This document shows, piece by piece, positions 33,779-43,712 of a stretch of DNA of 64,000 nucleotides; positions within the stretch are counted from its first letter, which is position 1, and every line of letters starts with the position of its first letter. A program made the position numbers and the translations under genes. The stretch is taken from assembly GCF_030013595.1 (NCBI RefSeq), contig NZ_CP122768.1. One strand, given 5' to 3'. This DNA comes from Escherichia coli (GTDB lineage Bacteria; Pseudomonadota; Gammaproteobacteria; Enterobacterales; Enterobacteriaceae). The notes beneath the pieces are model-generated. The model had not been told where the DNA came from and ran no database searches. It was given only the letters and a program-made list of their open reading frames with translations.

Positions 33779-34987
33779 CGTCCGCGAAATTACCGACGCA
33801 ATTACGCAGGCAATCAATAAACCGGGGAGTAGCTGATACTCCCCGGTCATTTCACATATCATCAACGTCGACATAATCGGCGCGTGCGTGGTCGCCGCCA
33901 ACAGTGTCGCCATTCCGGTTAATCCGAGTAAAAGCGTAATTTCTTCGCCATCAGGGAACCATAATCCCAGGCTACGACCATACAACATGCCAATGGCAAG
34001 ACCGATAAATAGCGTCGGTGTAAAGACACCACCGGGCGCGCCAGAACCACTACTCGCCAGCACGGCAAACAGTTTACAGAGGAAGATCCCGGCAATGATC
34101 ATTAACAGTGGCGGAGCGGTTAAAAAGGATTGTACGGTGCTATAGCCGTTGCCCCACACTGCAGGTGTGAACAGGGAAAGCAGACCCACGATCAACCCGC
34201 CCAGTGCCAGTTGCCAGGGCGGCGCAAGCTTGAGACTTACAAATTCACGATGACAGGCGTTCATCAACGTTAACAACAGTGGTCCGCACAGACCTGCCAG
34301 CACACCTGTACTGATAATCAGCGCATAGTCACGAGCCTGAACCGTCACTGAGAGTTGTACACTGTAGAGTAACGCGTCGCTATGATTAATCAGATTGCTA
34401 ACCAGCAACGCCACGACGGCGGAAATAATCACCGGGCCGAGAGAGGCCAACATCATAGTGCCAAACAGCACTTCGGCTATAAATAAACTGCCAGCAAGCG
34501 GGGCGCGATAGGCCGCAGCCATTCCCGCCGCAGCTCCACAGGCGATCCATAATTTCCACTCCTGGCGTGGCGTAAAACGTTGGGCAAAACAGGAGGCGGC
34601 AAGGGCAGCTAAAAGAATCATCGCACCTTCGCGACCAATTGCACTGCCGCTGGTTACTACCAGCAGAGAGGCAAGGGATTTAACCAGGCTTGCTGCGTAA
34701 TCAAACTGCCCATCGGTTTGCAACGCTTCCATGTAATCGGTCGGCGCATGAGGGCGTTGCTGGGTAAATTTCTGCCAGCCCATCAGCAACAAACCCGCCG
34801 CCAGTCCGCCGAGCGCCGGAGTTAGCAGCCGTCGCCAGGGGGAAAGATTTGTCGCTGCATTGACCAGACTGCCCGAGTCATTATTGAGGAACAACCACTC
34901 CAGTAGCAGCATCGCATGACGAAACCCGGCAACGGCAAAGGCCGCAAGAATACCGACGACTGTTGCGATAAGCAGACGGCGGAACAT
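33731..34987 (-). CDS. clcB: voltage-gated ClC-type chloride channel
   Basis: Start [17 protein letters not shown]; 418 aa; GREG and GxFxP ClC motifs. Confidence 0.85.
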   Translation of the reverse strand: MFRRLLIATVVGILAAFAVAGFRHAMLLLEWLFLNNDSGSLVNAATNLSPWRRLLTPALGGLAAGLLLMGWQKFTQQRPHAPTDYMEALQTDGQFDYAASLVKSLASLLVVTSGSAIGREGAMILLAALAASCFAQRFTPRQEWKLWIACGAAAGMAAAYRAPLAGSLFIAEVLFGTMMLASLGPVIISAVVALLVSNLINHSDALLYSVQLSVTVQARDYALIISTGVLAGLCGPLLLTLMNACHREFVSLKLAPPWQLALGGLIVGLLSLFTPAVWGNGYSTVQSFLTAPPLLMIIAGIFLCKLFAVLASSGSGAPGGVFTPTLFIGLAIGMLYGRSLGLWFPDGEEITLLLGLTGMATLLAATTHAPIMSTLMICEMTGEYQLLPGLLIACVIASVISRTLHRDSIYRQHTAQHS

Positions 34988-35180
34988 AGTGCGCAGATCC
35001 GGATAGATGTGTAGATGATGCATGAGCAGAAATGGGCAATGAAATACGGGCGACTATTTTGCGGCAAAAGAAGCCAGACGCAAAAGCAGTGCGTGCTTTA
35101 AGAGATAAAAAACGTGACACTGTAACCTATTATTGCCGAATTGCGCCTAATCGACACCATCCGGCAATATTACGGTGATC

Positions 35181-35795
35181 CTATCGAAAGAGTGGTTTAA
35201 CCGCGACAGGAATTAACAGTTGTGATTGCCATTGCGCCAGCGTTAAGCGAGCCAGTTCACCCAGTGCACGGTAGAAAGGGTGTTCTGCTTTTTCGATAAA
35301 AACGTCAAGAAAACGTGTTGACCACGGAAAAAGGTGCCATGCCAGCAATTCTTCGCATTCTGTCTGGCGACCATTCTCCGCCAACCACGCAGCCATCAAC
35401 AGCAGTGAACCAAAATGATCTTCCGGTTCGTTTTGCTTCATTTCAAACTGAATGCCTTTCTCGCGCATCCACTGACGAAGTGCCAATGTTGAATCGCCAA
35501 ACAGCACAGATTCGCGATCCAGCCAGACCGACCCCCACGGCGGTGATGGCAGAGCCCACGGACCGACAAACAAACGCTGCCAGGCCTGGGCGCGAGTCTC
35601 TTCACTCTGTGCCTGAAAAGCCGTCACCAGCGGCGCTAATGACGCTTCTGGTAGAGGCCACTGAGTTTCCCAGCCGTCACGGGTGAGTACCGCAACCAGA
35701 GGTGCGGCTTCCGCACTCTCTGGAGCGTAATAAAACAGCGCGCCCAACACGCGCGCCGCGACAGAAAAATTATCTTGCTGTGAAAAATGGGTCAT
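35181..35795 (-). CDS. dmsD: Tat proofreading chaperone DmsD
   Basis: Start MTHFSQQDNFSVAARVLGALFYY; 204 aa. Confidence 0.85.
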   Translation of the reverse strand: MTHFSQQDNFSVAARVLGALFYYAPESAEAAPLVAVLTRDGWETQWPLPEASLAPLVTAFQAQSEETRAQAWQRLFVGPWALPSPPWGSVWLDRESVLFGDSTLALRQWMREKGIQFEMKQNEPEDHFGSLLLMAAWLAENGRQTECEELLAWHLFPWSTRFLDVFIEKAEHPFYRALGELARLTLAQWQSQLLIPVAVKPLFR

Positions 35796-35837
35796 TCCTA
35801 ACATCCTGAAATGTGCGGGTTGCCCCGCACCAATTTG

Positions 35838-36692
35838 TTAACCTGCAATAGCCATTCCTACCGTCATGTGCAGGCCATAAAAGAGCACACGCCCGATCAT
35901 CTCACCGCCAAGTATGAGGATTAGCCCCAGAACAAGTCCGGCAACGTGAGGTTCACGGCGACGAATGAGCGGACAAAGCCAGCATCCTAGACCTGCGCAT
36001 AACAATACCACACGCCAGACCTGTAAGGAGGCGTAATCTGGTACCAGTGCGCTGGCTTGTTGTACGGATGAGTGAATAGACGCCAGAGACAAACCTTGCA
36101 GCACAATCACCCCGGCACAAGCGATCAGCGCCAGAACGCTAATGATGGCAAAGGGTGTGGTATTAAATGTAATGCGGGCTGCCCGCAGAATTGCGGCAGC
36201 AAGTATTGGACCGCTCAACAATACTGTCAGGAAGAAAGCCAGCGTAGTGTAACCGTTATGCCAGGTTGGCACTGTGTCGATTTGATACACGCAGGTCATC
36301 ATCCAGACGAAAATGACGCCGAGCGCCATGCTGACAAGTAACCAGAGTTTCCCCAACGCTTGCGGCATTTTACCGATGATCGCCACCAGCCACCATAATC
36401 CGCCAACGGCAAAAAATATGGAACCGGCAGCAATCTCGTTACTCAGACCAGAAGCTCCGATTCGATTCAGCGAGTTAAACGCTCGCAGTGGCGATCCCAG
36501 GTGCATGACAGAGGCAATAAACCCGATGCCCATCAACAGCCAGAGGAAAAACATGCCACGGACAATACGCTGACGGTCTGCGTCATTATTGGCGGCGAAC
36601 CAGCCAATTCCGCTAACAATCAGCGCGCCTACTACGCATTGACCCAATACGGTAAAGATAACCAGTGGCCATTCATGCCATCCATTTCCCAT
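35838..36692 (-). CDS. ynfH: DMSO/selenate reductase membrane anchor subunit (DmsC paralogue)
   Basis: Start MGNGWHEWPLVIFTVLGQ; 284 aa, 8 TM; track ORF extends 80 codons upstream into ynfG. Confidence 0.85.
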   Translation of the reverse strand: MGNGWHEWPLVIFTVLGQCVVGALIVSGIGWFAANNDADRQRIVRGMFFLWLLMGIGFIASVMHLGSPLRAFNSLNRIGASGLSNEIAAGSIFFAVGGLWWLVAIIGKMPQALGKLWLLVSMALGVIFVWMMTCVYQIDTVPTWHNGYTTLAFFLTVLLSGPILAAAILRAARITFNTTPFAIISVLALIACAGVIVLQGLSLASIHSSVQQASALVPDYASLQVWRVVLLCAGLGCWLCPLIRRREPHVAGLVLGLILILGGEMIGRVLFYGLHMTVGMAIAG

Positions 36693-36693
36693 T

Positions 36694-37290
36694 TTACACT
36701 TCCTCCGGATTAGCCAGATAACCAGTGGTATCGCCGGTCGGGCGGCTGTTGGCGTTAGGTTTGATAACGATATTGGGTTTTGTGAAATGCGCGCGCGGTA
36801 GTGGCGCGACGGCAGCCAGAGTGCCGTGCTTCTGGCGCAGCTCTTCAATTGGACCGAACTCAAGTGCACGCAGCGGGCAGGATTCGACACATATGGGTTG
36901 TTTCCCCTCGGCGACGCGCGAATAACAACCATCGCACTTCGTCATGTGTCCTTTTTCAGCATTGTACTGTGGCGCGCCGTACGGACAAGCCATGTGGCAG
37001 TAGCGGCAGCCGATACAAACATCTTCATCAACCACCACAAAGCCATCTTCACGCTTATGCATTGCGCCGCTGGGGCAGACTTTTGTACATGCGGGGTCAT
37101 CGCAATGGTTACAGGAGATGGAGAGATAATAAGCGAACACGTTCTGGTGCCAGACGCCGCCAGCATATTCATAAATACGGCGGAAACTGACTTCCGGGCC
37201 AAGATCTTTAAAATCTTTGCACGCCAGTTCGCAGGTTTTACAGCCAGTACAGCGGCTGGAATCGATAAAAAATCCATATTGTGTGGTCAT
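36694..37290 (-). CDS. ynfG: 4Fe-4S ferredoxin-type electron transfer subunit (DmsB paralogue)
   Basis: Four Cys clusters (CTGCKTCELAC, CNHCDDPAC, CIGCRYCHMAC, CDGC...C). Confidence 0.9.
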   Translation of the reverse strand: MTTQYGFFIDSSRCTGCKTCELACKDFKDLGPEVSFRRIYEYAGGVWHQNVFAYYLSISCNHCDDPACTKVCPSGAMHKREDGFVVVDEDVCIGCRYCHMACPYGAPQYNAEKGHMTKCDGCYSRVAEGKQPICVESCPLRALEFGPIEELRQKHGTLAAVAPLPRAHFTKPNIVIKPNANSRPTGDTTGYLANPEEV

Positions 37291-37300
37291 GGGCTACTCC

Positions 37301-39727
37301 TTAAACCTTTTCGATCTGGACAAGATTGCTGTGCGACGGGTTTCCCTTTGCCAGCGGTGAAGGGCGGTGAGAGGTCAGAATATTGATACTGCCGCCGTGA
37401 TCGACCCGGTCACCAAACATATCCGCTTTAAGCCACGCACCTTGCCCGATGGCGGTAACGCCAGGCAGAATACGCGGAGTCACTTTTGCGGCAATCAGCA
37501 TTTCTCCATTATTGTTAAATACCCGCACGGTATCGCCATGACGGATACCGCGTGCCTGAGCATCAATAGGGTTGATCCACACCTCTTGTGGGCAGGCCTG
37601 CTGTAACACATCAATATTGCCGTAGCTGGAGTGGGTACGCGCTTTGTAGTGGAAGCCCGTTAACTGCAGTGGATAGGTTTTCCGCAGGGGATCGTCCCAG
37701 CCATCAAAACCTGGGGTATACGCAGGAAGGGGATGAATAATTTCATCTTTTTTCAATTCCCAGGTATCCGCAATCGTCGCCAGTCGTTCAGAATAAATTT
37801 CGATTTTCCCCGAAGGTGTTTTCAACGGGTTTGCCTGTGGATCTTCACGGAATGCGCGGAAAGCGACGTAGTGTTCTTCCGGGCATTTTTTCTTAAAGAT
37901 CCCGGTCGTTTTCATCTCCTCGTAGTCGGGCATCTCAGGGTTACGTTCCTTCGTTTTCGCATGGAGATATTTGATCCATTCATGCTGACTGCGACCTTCA
38001 GTAAAGGTTTGATAAACGTCTGGTCCTAAGCGTTTGGCAACTTCACTCAGCATCCAGTAGATGGGTTTGCGTTCAAATTTTGCTGAGGTTGCGGGTTGGG
38101 CGAGGATCACATAGCCCATATTCCCGGCAGATTCGTGAGAGATAAGGTCTTCTTGCTCTGTTGGCATCAGGTCGGGCAACAGGATATCGCAATACTTAGC
38201 CGAGGCAGTCATGAAGTGGTCAATGCCAACAATCATCTCGCACTTGCTGTCATCCTGAAGCACCTCATGGGTGTGATTGATGTCGCCATGTTGATTGATC
38301 AATGTGTTACTGGCGTAGCACCATAAAAACTTGATGGGGACATCCAGTTTTTCTTTTCCACGAACACCATCACGGGTCGCGGTCATTTCCGTACCGTGGT
38401 CGATGGCATCTGTCCATGTAAAGACGGAAATCTGCGTTTTAACAGGATTCTCAAGCATCGGGAACCATTCTACCCCCAGATCCCAGCTACCTTCGCGTAC
38501 ACCTGAGTTGCCGCCGTTTATGCCGACGTTACCGGTGAGAACGGAAAGCATGGCAATAGCGCGGGACGTTTGTTCGCCGTTGGAGTGTCGTTGTGGCCCC
38601 CAACCCTGACAAATATAAGCAGGTTTTGCTGAACCGATCTCTCGTGCCAACTGGATAATTTTTTCTGCCGGGATGCTGGTGATTTTTGCTGCCCATTCCG
38701 GCGTTTTAGCTATGCCGTCAGGCCCTTCGCCCAGAATATAGGCTTTATAATGCGCGTTACGTGGTGCGTTGGCGGGCAGCGTTTTTTCATCGTAACCAAC
38801 ACAATATTTGTCGAGAAATGGCTGATCGACCATGTTTTCAGTAATCAGTACCCAGGCAATCGCACAGGCCAGTGCGCCATCGGTGCCTGGGCGAATTGGC
38901 AGCCATTCATCTTCACGCCCGGCAGCAGTGTCGTTATAACGTGGATCGATGACGATCATGCGTGCGTTTGAACGTTCTCGGGCTTGCTCGACGTAGTAAG
39001 TGACACCACCGCCGCTCATCCGGGTTTCTGCCGGGTTATTTCCGAACATAACGACCAGTTTCGTATTGGCTATATCATCCGGGCTGTTGCCATCATTGGC
39101 ACCGAACATATAACTCATTGCGGCACTGATTTGAGCGGTACTGTAGCTGCCATAGCGACTGAGAAAACCACCGCAAGAGTTCATCAGACGGTACGGGACG
39201 TTCGAGTTGGTGATGTTTCCGCCATCTACGCCTGTTCCGTACAGGACATGTACAGCCTCATTGCCGTAATCTTTAAGGATCCGCCGAAGATTATCACTGA
39301 TGGTATCCAGGGCTTCATCCCAACTTATCCGTTCAAATTTACCTTCACCGCGCTTGCCGACGCGCTTCATGGGATATTTCAACCTGTCAGGATGATTCAT
39401 CCGTCGGCGGATAGAGCGCCCGCGTAAACATGCCCGAACCTGATGATTACCGTAGACGTCGTCACCTGTCGTATCAGACTCCACCCAGTACACGGTGTCA
39501 TCTTTCACATGCAAACGTAACAGACAGCGGCTCCCGCAGTTAACGGTGCAGGAACTCCAGACCGCTTTCTCTTCTACCGGTGTCTCTGCCGCTCGGACCA
39601 TTTGGGAAAATGGCAGAGTGAAAGCACTGCTTGCCAGCGCAAGACTGCCAAGTGCGGAGGTTTTCATCAGACTTCTACGGCTGATTTCAGCCTTCATGAG
39701 CGCCTCTGTGGTATGGATTTTCATCAT
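37301..39727 (-). CDS. ynfF: molybdopterin oxidoreductase catalytic subunit (DmsA paralogue), Tat-exported
   Basis: 808 aa, twin-arginine signal (SRRSLMK), Cys motif CTVNCGSRC. Confidence 0.9.
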   Translation of the reverse strand: MMKIHTTEALMKAEISRRSLMKTSALGSLALASSAFTLPFSQMVRAAETPVEEKAVWSSCTVNCGSRCLLRLHVKDDTVYWVESDTTGDDVYGNHQVRACLRGRSIRRRMNHPDRLKYPMKRVGKRGEGKFERISWDEALDTISDNLRRILKDYGNEAVHVLYGTGVDGGNITNSNVPYRLMNSCGGFLSRYGSYSTAQISAAMSYMFGANDGNSPDDIANTKLVVMFGNNPAETRMSGGGVTYYVEQARERSNARMIVIDPRYNDTAAGREDEWLPIRPGTDGALACAIAWVLITENMVDQPFLDKYCVGYDEKTLPANAPRNAHYKAYILGEGPDGIAKTPEWAAKITSIPAEKIIQLAREIGSAKPAYICQGWGPQRHSNGEQTSRAIAMLSVLTGNVGINGGNSGVREGSWDLGVEWFPMLENPVKTQISVFTWTDAIDHGTEMTATRDGVRGKEKLDVPIKFLWCYASNTLINQHGDINHTHEVLQDDSKCEMIVGIDHFMTASAKYCDILLPDLMPTEQEDLISHESAGNMGYVILAQPATSAKFERKPIYWMLSEVAKRLGPDVYQTFTEGRSQHEWIKYLHAKTKERNPEMPDYEEMKTTGIFKKKCPEEHYVAFRAFREDPQANPLKTPSGKIEIYSERLATIADTWELKKDEIIHPLPAYTPGFDGWDDPLRKTYPLQLTGFHYKARTHSSYGNIDVLQQACPQEVWINPIDAQARGIRHGDTVRVFNNNGEMLIAAKVTPRILPGVTAIGQGAWLKADMFGDRVDHGGSINILTSHRPSPLAKGNPSHSNLVQIEKV

Positions 39728-39784
39728 TACTCACTTATTGCTTTTCAAACAAAATGTCATGCCAGAATTTATGGTTGTAGTGGG

Positions 39785-40811
39785 TTATATTTTTTCGATC
39801 TCGACCAGATTAGTGTGCTGCGGGTTTCCCTTCGCCAGTGGTGAAGGGCGCAGAGTGGTTAGCGTATTCACACAGCCGCCATGGTCGATTTTATCGCCAG
39901 ACATATTGGCCTCGTGCCAGGCTCCCTGGCCCATAGCGCTAACCCCAGGGAGAATGCGTGGTGTTACTTTGGCTGGTAGCCGAACTTCGCCACGATGGTT
40001 AAACACCCGCACCATATCGCCGTTGGCAATCCCACGTTTCTGTGCATCTATAGGGTTGATCCACACCTCCTGACGGCAGGCTTCCTTCAGGACATCAATA
40101 TTGCCGTAGGTCGAGTGGGTACGGGATTTGTAATGGAAACCAAACAGTTGCAGTGGGAAGGTTCTACGTTCAGGGGAGTCCCAGCCTTCAAAGGTTGAGG
40201 CATAAACTGGCAGTGGGCTTATCACTTCATCTTTTTCCAGTTCCCAGGTACGGGCAATTTCCGCCAGCTTGCTGGAATAAATTTCAATCTTACCGGAAGG
40301 CGTTTTAAGTGGATTTGCCTCGGGGTCGTCACGAAATGCTTTGTAGGCGACAAAATGACCATTGGGATCTTTACGCTTATAGATACCCATTTTTTTCAGT
40401 TCGTCGTAAGACGGTAACGCCGGATCTTTGGCAAGCATTTTGGCGTACAGATGTTGTAACCATTGTTCCTGCGTGCGACCTTCTGTGAACTTTTGATAGA
40501 CGTCAGGTCCAAGACGTTTCGCGACTTCACTCAGGATCCAGTAAATCGGTTTGCGTTCGAATTTTTCGCTGGTGACTGGCTGAAGGAAAATGAGATATCC
40601 CATGTTACCTGCGTAGTCGTTAGGAATAATATCTTCCTGCTCAACGGTCATCAGGTCTGGCAGCAGAATGTCGGCATATTTTGCCGATGAGGTCATAAAG
40701 TTTTCGATGACCACAATCATTTCGCATTTCGATTCGTCCTGCAGAATTTCATGCGTTTTGTTGATGTCAGAATGCTGATTAACCAGGGTATTTCCCGCGT
40801 AGTTCCAGATG
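39785..40811 (-). pseudogene. ynfE: ynfE 3' fragment (codons from about IWNYAGNTL to the C-terminus), separated from its 5' part by a 9.4-kb insertion
   Basis: Translation aligns residue-by-residue with the C-terminal half of YnfF; homology begins exactly at the 11-bp repeat 40801-40811; the track ORF 39785..40951 is a chimera with insert-derived N-terminus. Confidence 0.85.
40801..40811 (+). repeat. left copy of 11-bp direct repeat AGTTCCAGATG (att core or target-site duplication)
   Basis: Identical 11-mer at 50242-50252; joining the flanks restores the in-frame ynfE sequence ...VPIKFIWNYAGNTL... Confidence 0.8.
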
Positions 40812-40876
40812 GACTCCACTGTCAGACGGATGGACGGACTTGAAGTAGTTGACTCAACGCTACTTAAGGTCCTGAT

Positions 40877-42485
40877 ATGACTGACATTAACTATGATAAT
40901 ACTGTATATCCATCCAGCTCTTTCTCTGGGTCTCCCTATCTGTATGGGCAAGTCTACACCTCAAGTCCTGACACAAGGCTGACACAAATCAATCTACTCA
41001 GCGTAGCTAAGCCTCAGTTAGTCCGTAGAGCCAATGGTCGATATACTATCCGCTTCAGACTCAAGGGACAGACCACACCGTTTCTTTCAGTATCGACCCG
41101 AAGCACAGACAGGAGAGTAGCCACAATGCGTCAGAGAGAGCTTGCAGCCACAGCTAAGGCCTTCATGTTGGATAGGCCTGAAGTCTCACTACAGGAGCTT
41201 ACAGAGCATCTCCGGTCTATGGCTGAGCAGTTCCTGACAGACGCTAGTGACGATTACTGGAATGGACTTGAGGTCGCTACTTTGGTGGACGAGAAGTCCA
41301 ACCTGAAGGAGCTAGCCGCTACGCAAGCCTTGAGTCTGGACCAGCAGAAGGGCATAAGGTTAGCGCTTGAAGTCCTGACCGCAGCACAGCAGAGGGTAGA
41401 TACTGGTGATACGTCCAGTCTAATCAAGCTGATTGGTGGTGGCGTAAGCCAGCTTACTGATGGAGATGACAATAACCTTACTAATAACTCAACTATATGC
41501 GACTCTACGTTGATTCTGAGGAACGAGCAGGGGGTCAGCCCGCAAGTATTCACGAGAGAGCGCCAACCATCTGTAGTTTTTTCAAGCCTAGTGTCCTCAC
41601 TGCTGGCTGAGAAGGTCCAGACCCTGAAGTCCTCCAGCTACAAGGACCTGTCGTCCTCACTGAATACCGTCTCTCGGTTTCTGCCTGAAGATATGGACCT
41701 GATGTCCCGCTCTGAGTGGCTGGCAGTGAGGGACGCTATGCTGGCTGCTGAGGTGAGACCATCGACAATCAACAAGCTGCTGACCAAAGCGAAGATGTGT
41801 CTCGATTATGGCCTGATGAATGGGCAACTTGAGGGCCGCAACCCTATTGAACGGATGAAGCTGACCAAGGATACCGACTCCAAGCGCAGAGCGTTCACAG
41901 ACGAGGAGCTGGAGAGACTTCTGGTCCGTGTTGAGGCTGAGTATCAGTTCACACGACACACGGCTCACACGACCTCTGAGGCCCGTAGATGGGCGTCTCT
42001 GGTGTCTGTGGTCACTGGCGCGAGGTCTGCTGAGGTCTGCCACCTGACTAAACGTGACGTTGTAACCTTGGACAATGGACTGGTCTGTATCGACATCAAT
42101 GAAGATGGGGACGGGAAGTCTGTGAAGAACAAACATTCAGTCCGACTTGTGCCGTTAACCGATGGGGCCTGTGGTTTCAGCCTGAAGTCCTTCCTCAAAT
42201 GGGTAGACACTCAGCCTGCTGATGGTCCCCTCTTTGGTATGACTCCGAGTGCCTACTCTAGTTGGTTTAACTCTAGGGTCCTGACTGAGGCCCTAGGAGA
42301 CGCTGAGAACGTTTCTCCACAGTCTGAGACATTGGCTGGCGACCCGAATGAAAGAGCGTGGAGTCAATCTGGTGGACGCTCAAGGCATCTTAGGTCACAG
42401 CAGTCAGTCCATTACGTATGACCTGTACGGGAAAGGACACGCTGTTGGTAGGCTGGCTGAGGTGCTGAAGACAGCTTTACTTTAA
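40877..42485 (+). pseudogene. tyrosine recombinase/integrase with apparent 1-nt frameshift upstream of box II
   Basis: ORF 40877-42421 contains box I (VVTGARSAEVCHLTKRDV) but ends out of frame; the HSLRHWLATRM...LGHSSQSITYDLYGKGH catalytic His-Arg-His-Tyr region is in another frame (42297-42485). True start is probably downstream of 40877, since arm-type repeats lie at 40968-40987. Confidence 0.6.
40968..40987 (+). repeat. two 11-bp-spaced direct repeats CTGACACAA (putative integrase arm-type sites, left arm)
   Basis: CTGACACAAGG and CTGACACAAAT in tandem; same motif recurs three times at the right end. Confidence 0.5.
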
Positions 42486-42562
42486 GTAGGAAGACCCAAG
42501 GTGGAGACCATATACGGCTTGATGGTTGAGACCTTGGGTCACTGAAGTCTGACTGAAGTTAG

Positions 42563-42603
42563 GGAGGGTGATAATAATCATAATCCCTCCTGACTATAGG
42601 CCC
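42563..42603 (+). promoter_or_regulatory. hairpin (GGAGGG-16 nt-CCCTCC) followed by T7-class promoter-like motif CTGACTATAGGCCC
   Basis: Direct reading of sequence; TATAGG core shared with motifs at 42801-43474. Confidence 0.35.
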
Positions 42604-42644
42604 ACTGGTTCGCCTTCGGCTGTCCGACTCTAAGTCTGTCTGTG

Positions 42645-42776
42645 GTCTTATTTAAACTGGTTCCCTAACTCAGGTCCTCCAACTTGGTGTCTTATTTAAA
42701 CTGGTTCCCTAACTCAGGTCCTCCAACTTGGTGTCTTATTTAAACTGGTTCCCTAACTCAGGCCCCTCCAAATTTC
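42645..42776 (+). repeat. three tandem copies of a 44-bp repeat (GTCTTATTTAAACTGGTTCCCTAACTCAGGTCCTCCAACTTGGT)
   Basis: Units start at 42645, 42689 and 42733; first two identical, third diverges in its last 14 nt. Confidence 0.85.
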
Positions 42777-42800
42777 GTTGTCTGTCAGCGACTTAAATAT

Positions 42801-42855
42801 CCCCTCACCTTAGAAGAGTTTAGGGTTCAGACCCTTAACTATCACCTTAGGAGAG
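42801..42855 (+). promoter_or_regulatory. pair of single-subunit phage RNAP promoter-like motifs (CCCCTCACCTTAGAAGAG and AACTATCACCTTAGGAGAG)
   Basis: Resemble SP6/T3-class promoters (…CACTATAGAAGAG / …CCCTCACTAAAGGGAGA); located just upstream of the 166-aa ORF. Confidence 0.35.
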
Positions 42856-42901
42856 ACGGGCCGTCCTCCACCCAATCAAAACCTTAAGAGGAGGACCATA
42901 C

Positions 42902-43402
42902 ATGGCTATTAAAATTCAGTGCTACACCGAGTCCGACAATGCGGCTTTCTTCGGTGACGATTCCGACCTCCAGCACCAGCTACCAGCACCGACATATGAC
43001 GAACCTAAGGCCCGCACAGGTAAGCCTCCTGTGGTCATCGACAACCGGGCTGTCCGTGCGTGGCTGATTGAGACTGGGTGTCTCTCCTATACGCAGCTTG
43101 TTGAGGCGTACCCGTGGGCTGACGATGTGTTCACAGGACTCTCACGGGCTACCAGTGGCGCTGTCGGTGCTGGACTCCCGGTATCTAAGGCGTACCTGTT
43201 CTCTGCCTTATATGGCACCAACGACATCTTCTCCCGTAACACAGCCAAATCCTACGCTGACATCACTGGGCGTTCACCGTCTCCTCGCTACCTGCGCCAC
43301 GTCAATAGCGTGCTTCAGGCTACGGCTGTGAATCTGGCTAAGGTTCTGAAGGACCGAGGGGATTTCACATGGTGGGATTACAACGATCAGTGCCTGTCCT
43401 GA
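42902..43402 (+). CDS. hypothetical protein (166 aa)
   Basis: ORF with GAGGAGG Shine-Dalgarno 8 nt upstream; no recognisable motifs. Confidence 0.55.
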   Translation: MAIKIQCYTESDNAAFFGDDSDLQHQLPAPTYDEPKARTGKPPVVIDNRAVRAWLIETGCLSYTQLVEAYPWADDVFTGLSRATSGAVGAGLPVSKAYLFSALYGTNDIFSRNTAKSYADITGRSPSPRYLRHVNSVLQATAVNLAKVLKDRGDFTWWDYNDQCLS

Positions 43403-43426
43403 GAGCCGCGCCAGCTCTGGGCTGGA

Positions 43427-43474
43427 ATACCCCCTCACTATAGGGACACCCCCTAAACTATCACTATAGGGGGG
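43427..43474 (+). promoter_or_regulatory. pair of T3/T7-class promoter-like motifs (CCCCCTCACTATAGGGACA and AACTATCACTATAGGGGGGA)
   Basis: First motif matches the T3 promoter core CCCTCACTAAAGGGA at 14 of 15 positions and the T7 core TCACTATAGGGA exactly; no RNAP gene in the element. Confidence 0.45.
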
Positions 43475-43620
43475 ACCAACCTTGCCTCTGCTTCTGATGC
43501 GTCAGAACACGCGAGGTCCTCCCGACATTAAGTATTCTCCTAAGTAATCAAGGCCCGTGACCGCCTCTGACAGACCTCCTGTATCGACCTCCAGCTCGTT
43601 AGCGTTCTTTAGTCGTCTCG

Positions 43621-43628
43621 GTTAGTAG
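43621..43628 (+). repeat. 8-bp target-site duplication GTTAGTAG (left) of IS66-family copy 1
   Basis: Identical octamer at 46329-46336 immediately outside the IS ends. Confidence 0.8.
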
Positions 43629-43712
43629 GTAACCGGCTCATTTAAACCGTCTGGTCTGTTTCCTCCGGCTCTACAAAAATAATGTCCATCATTTTTTAAT
43701 GGACACTATCGT

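Noticed and set aside
40877-41130. N-terminal 80-90 residues of the 514-aa integrase ORF
   Set aside because: This stretch overlaps the arm-type repeat cluster and the junction with ynfE. It is more likely non-coding att arm sequence read through in frame, so I treat the true integrase start as downstream and undetermined.
42645-42776. Possibility that the 44-bp tandem repeats are a CRISPR array
   Set aside because: Repeat units abut directly with no intervening unique spacers, and there are only three copies; no cas genes nearby.
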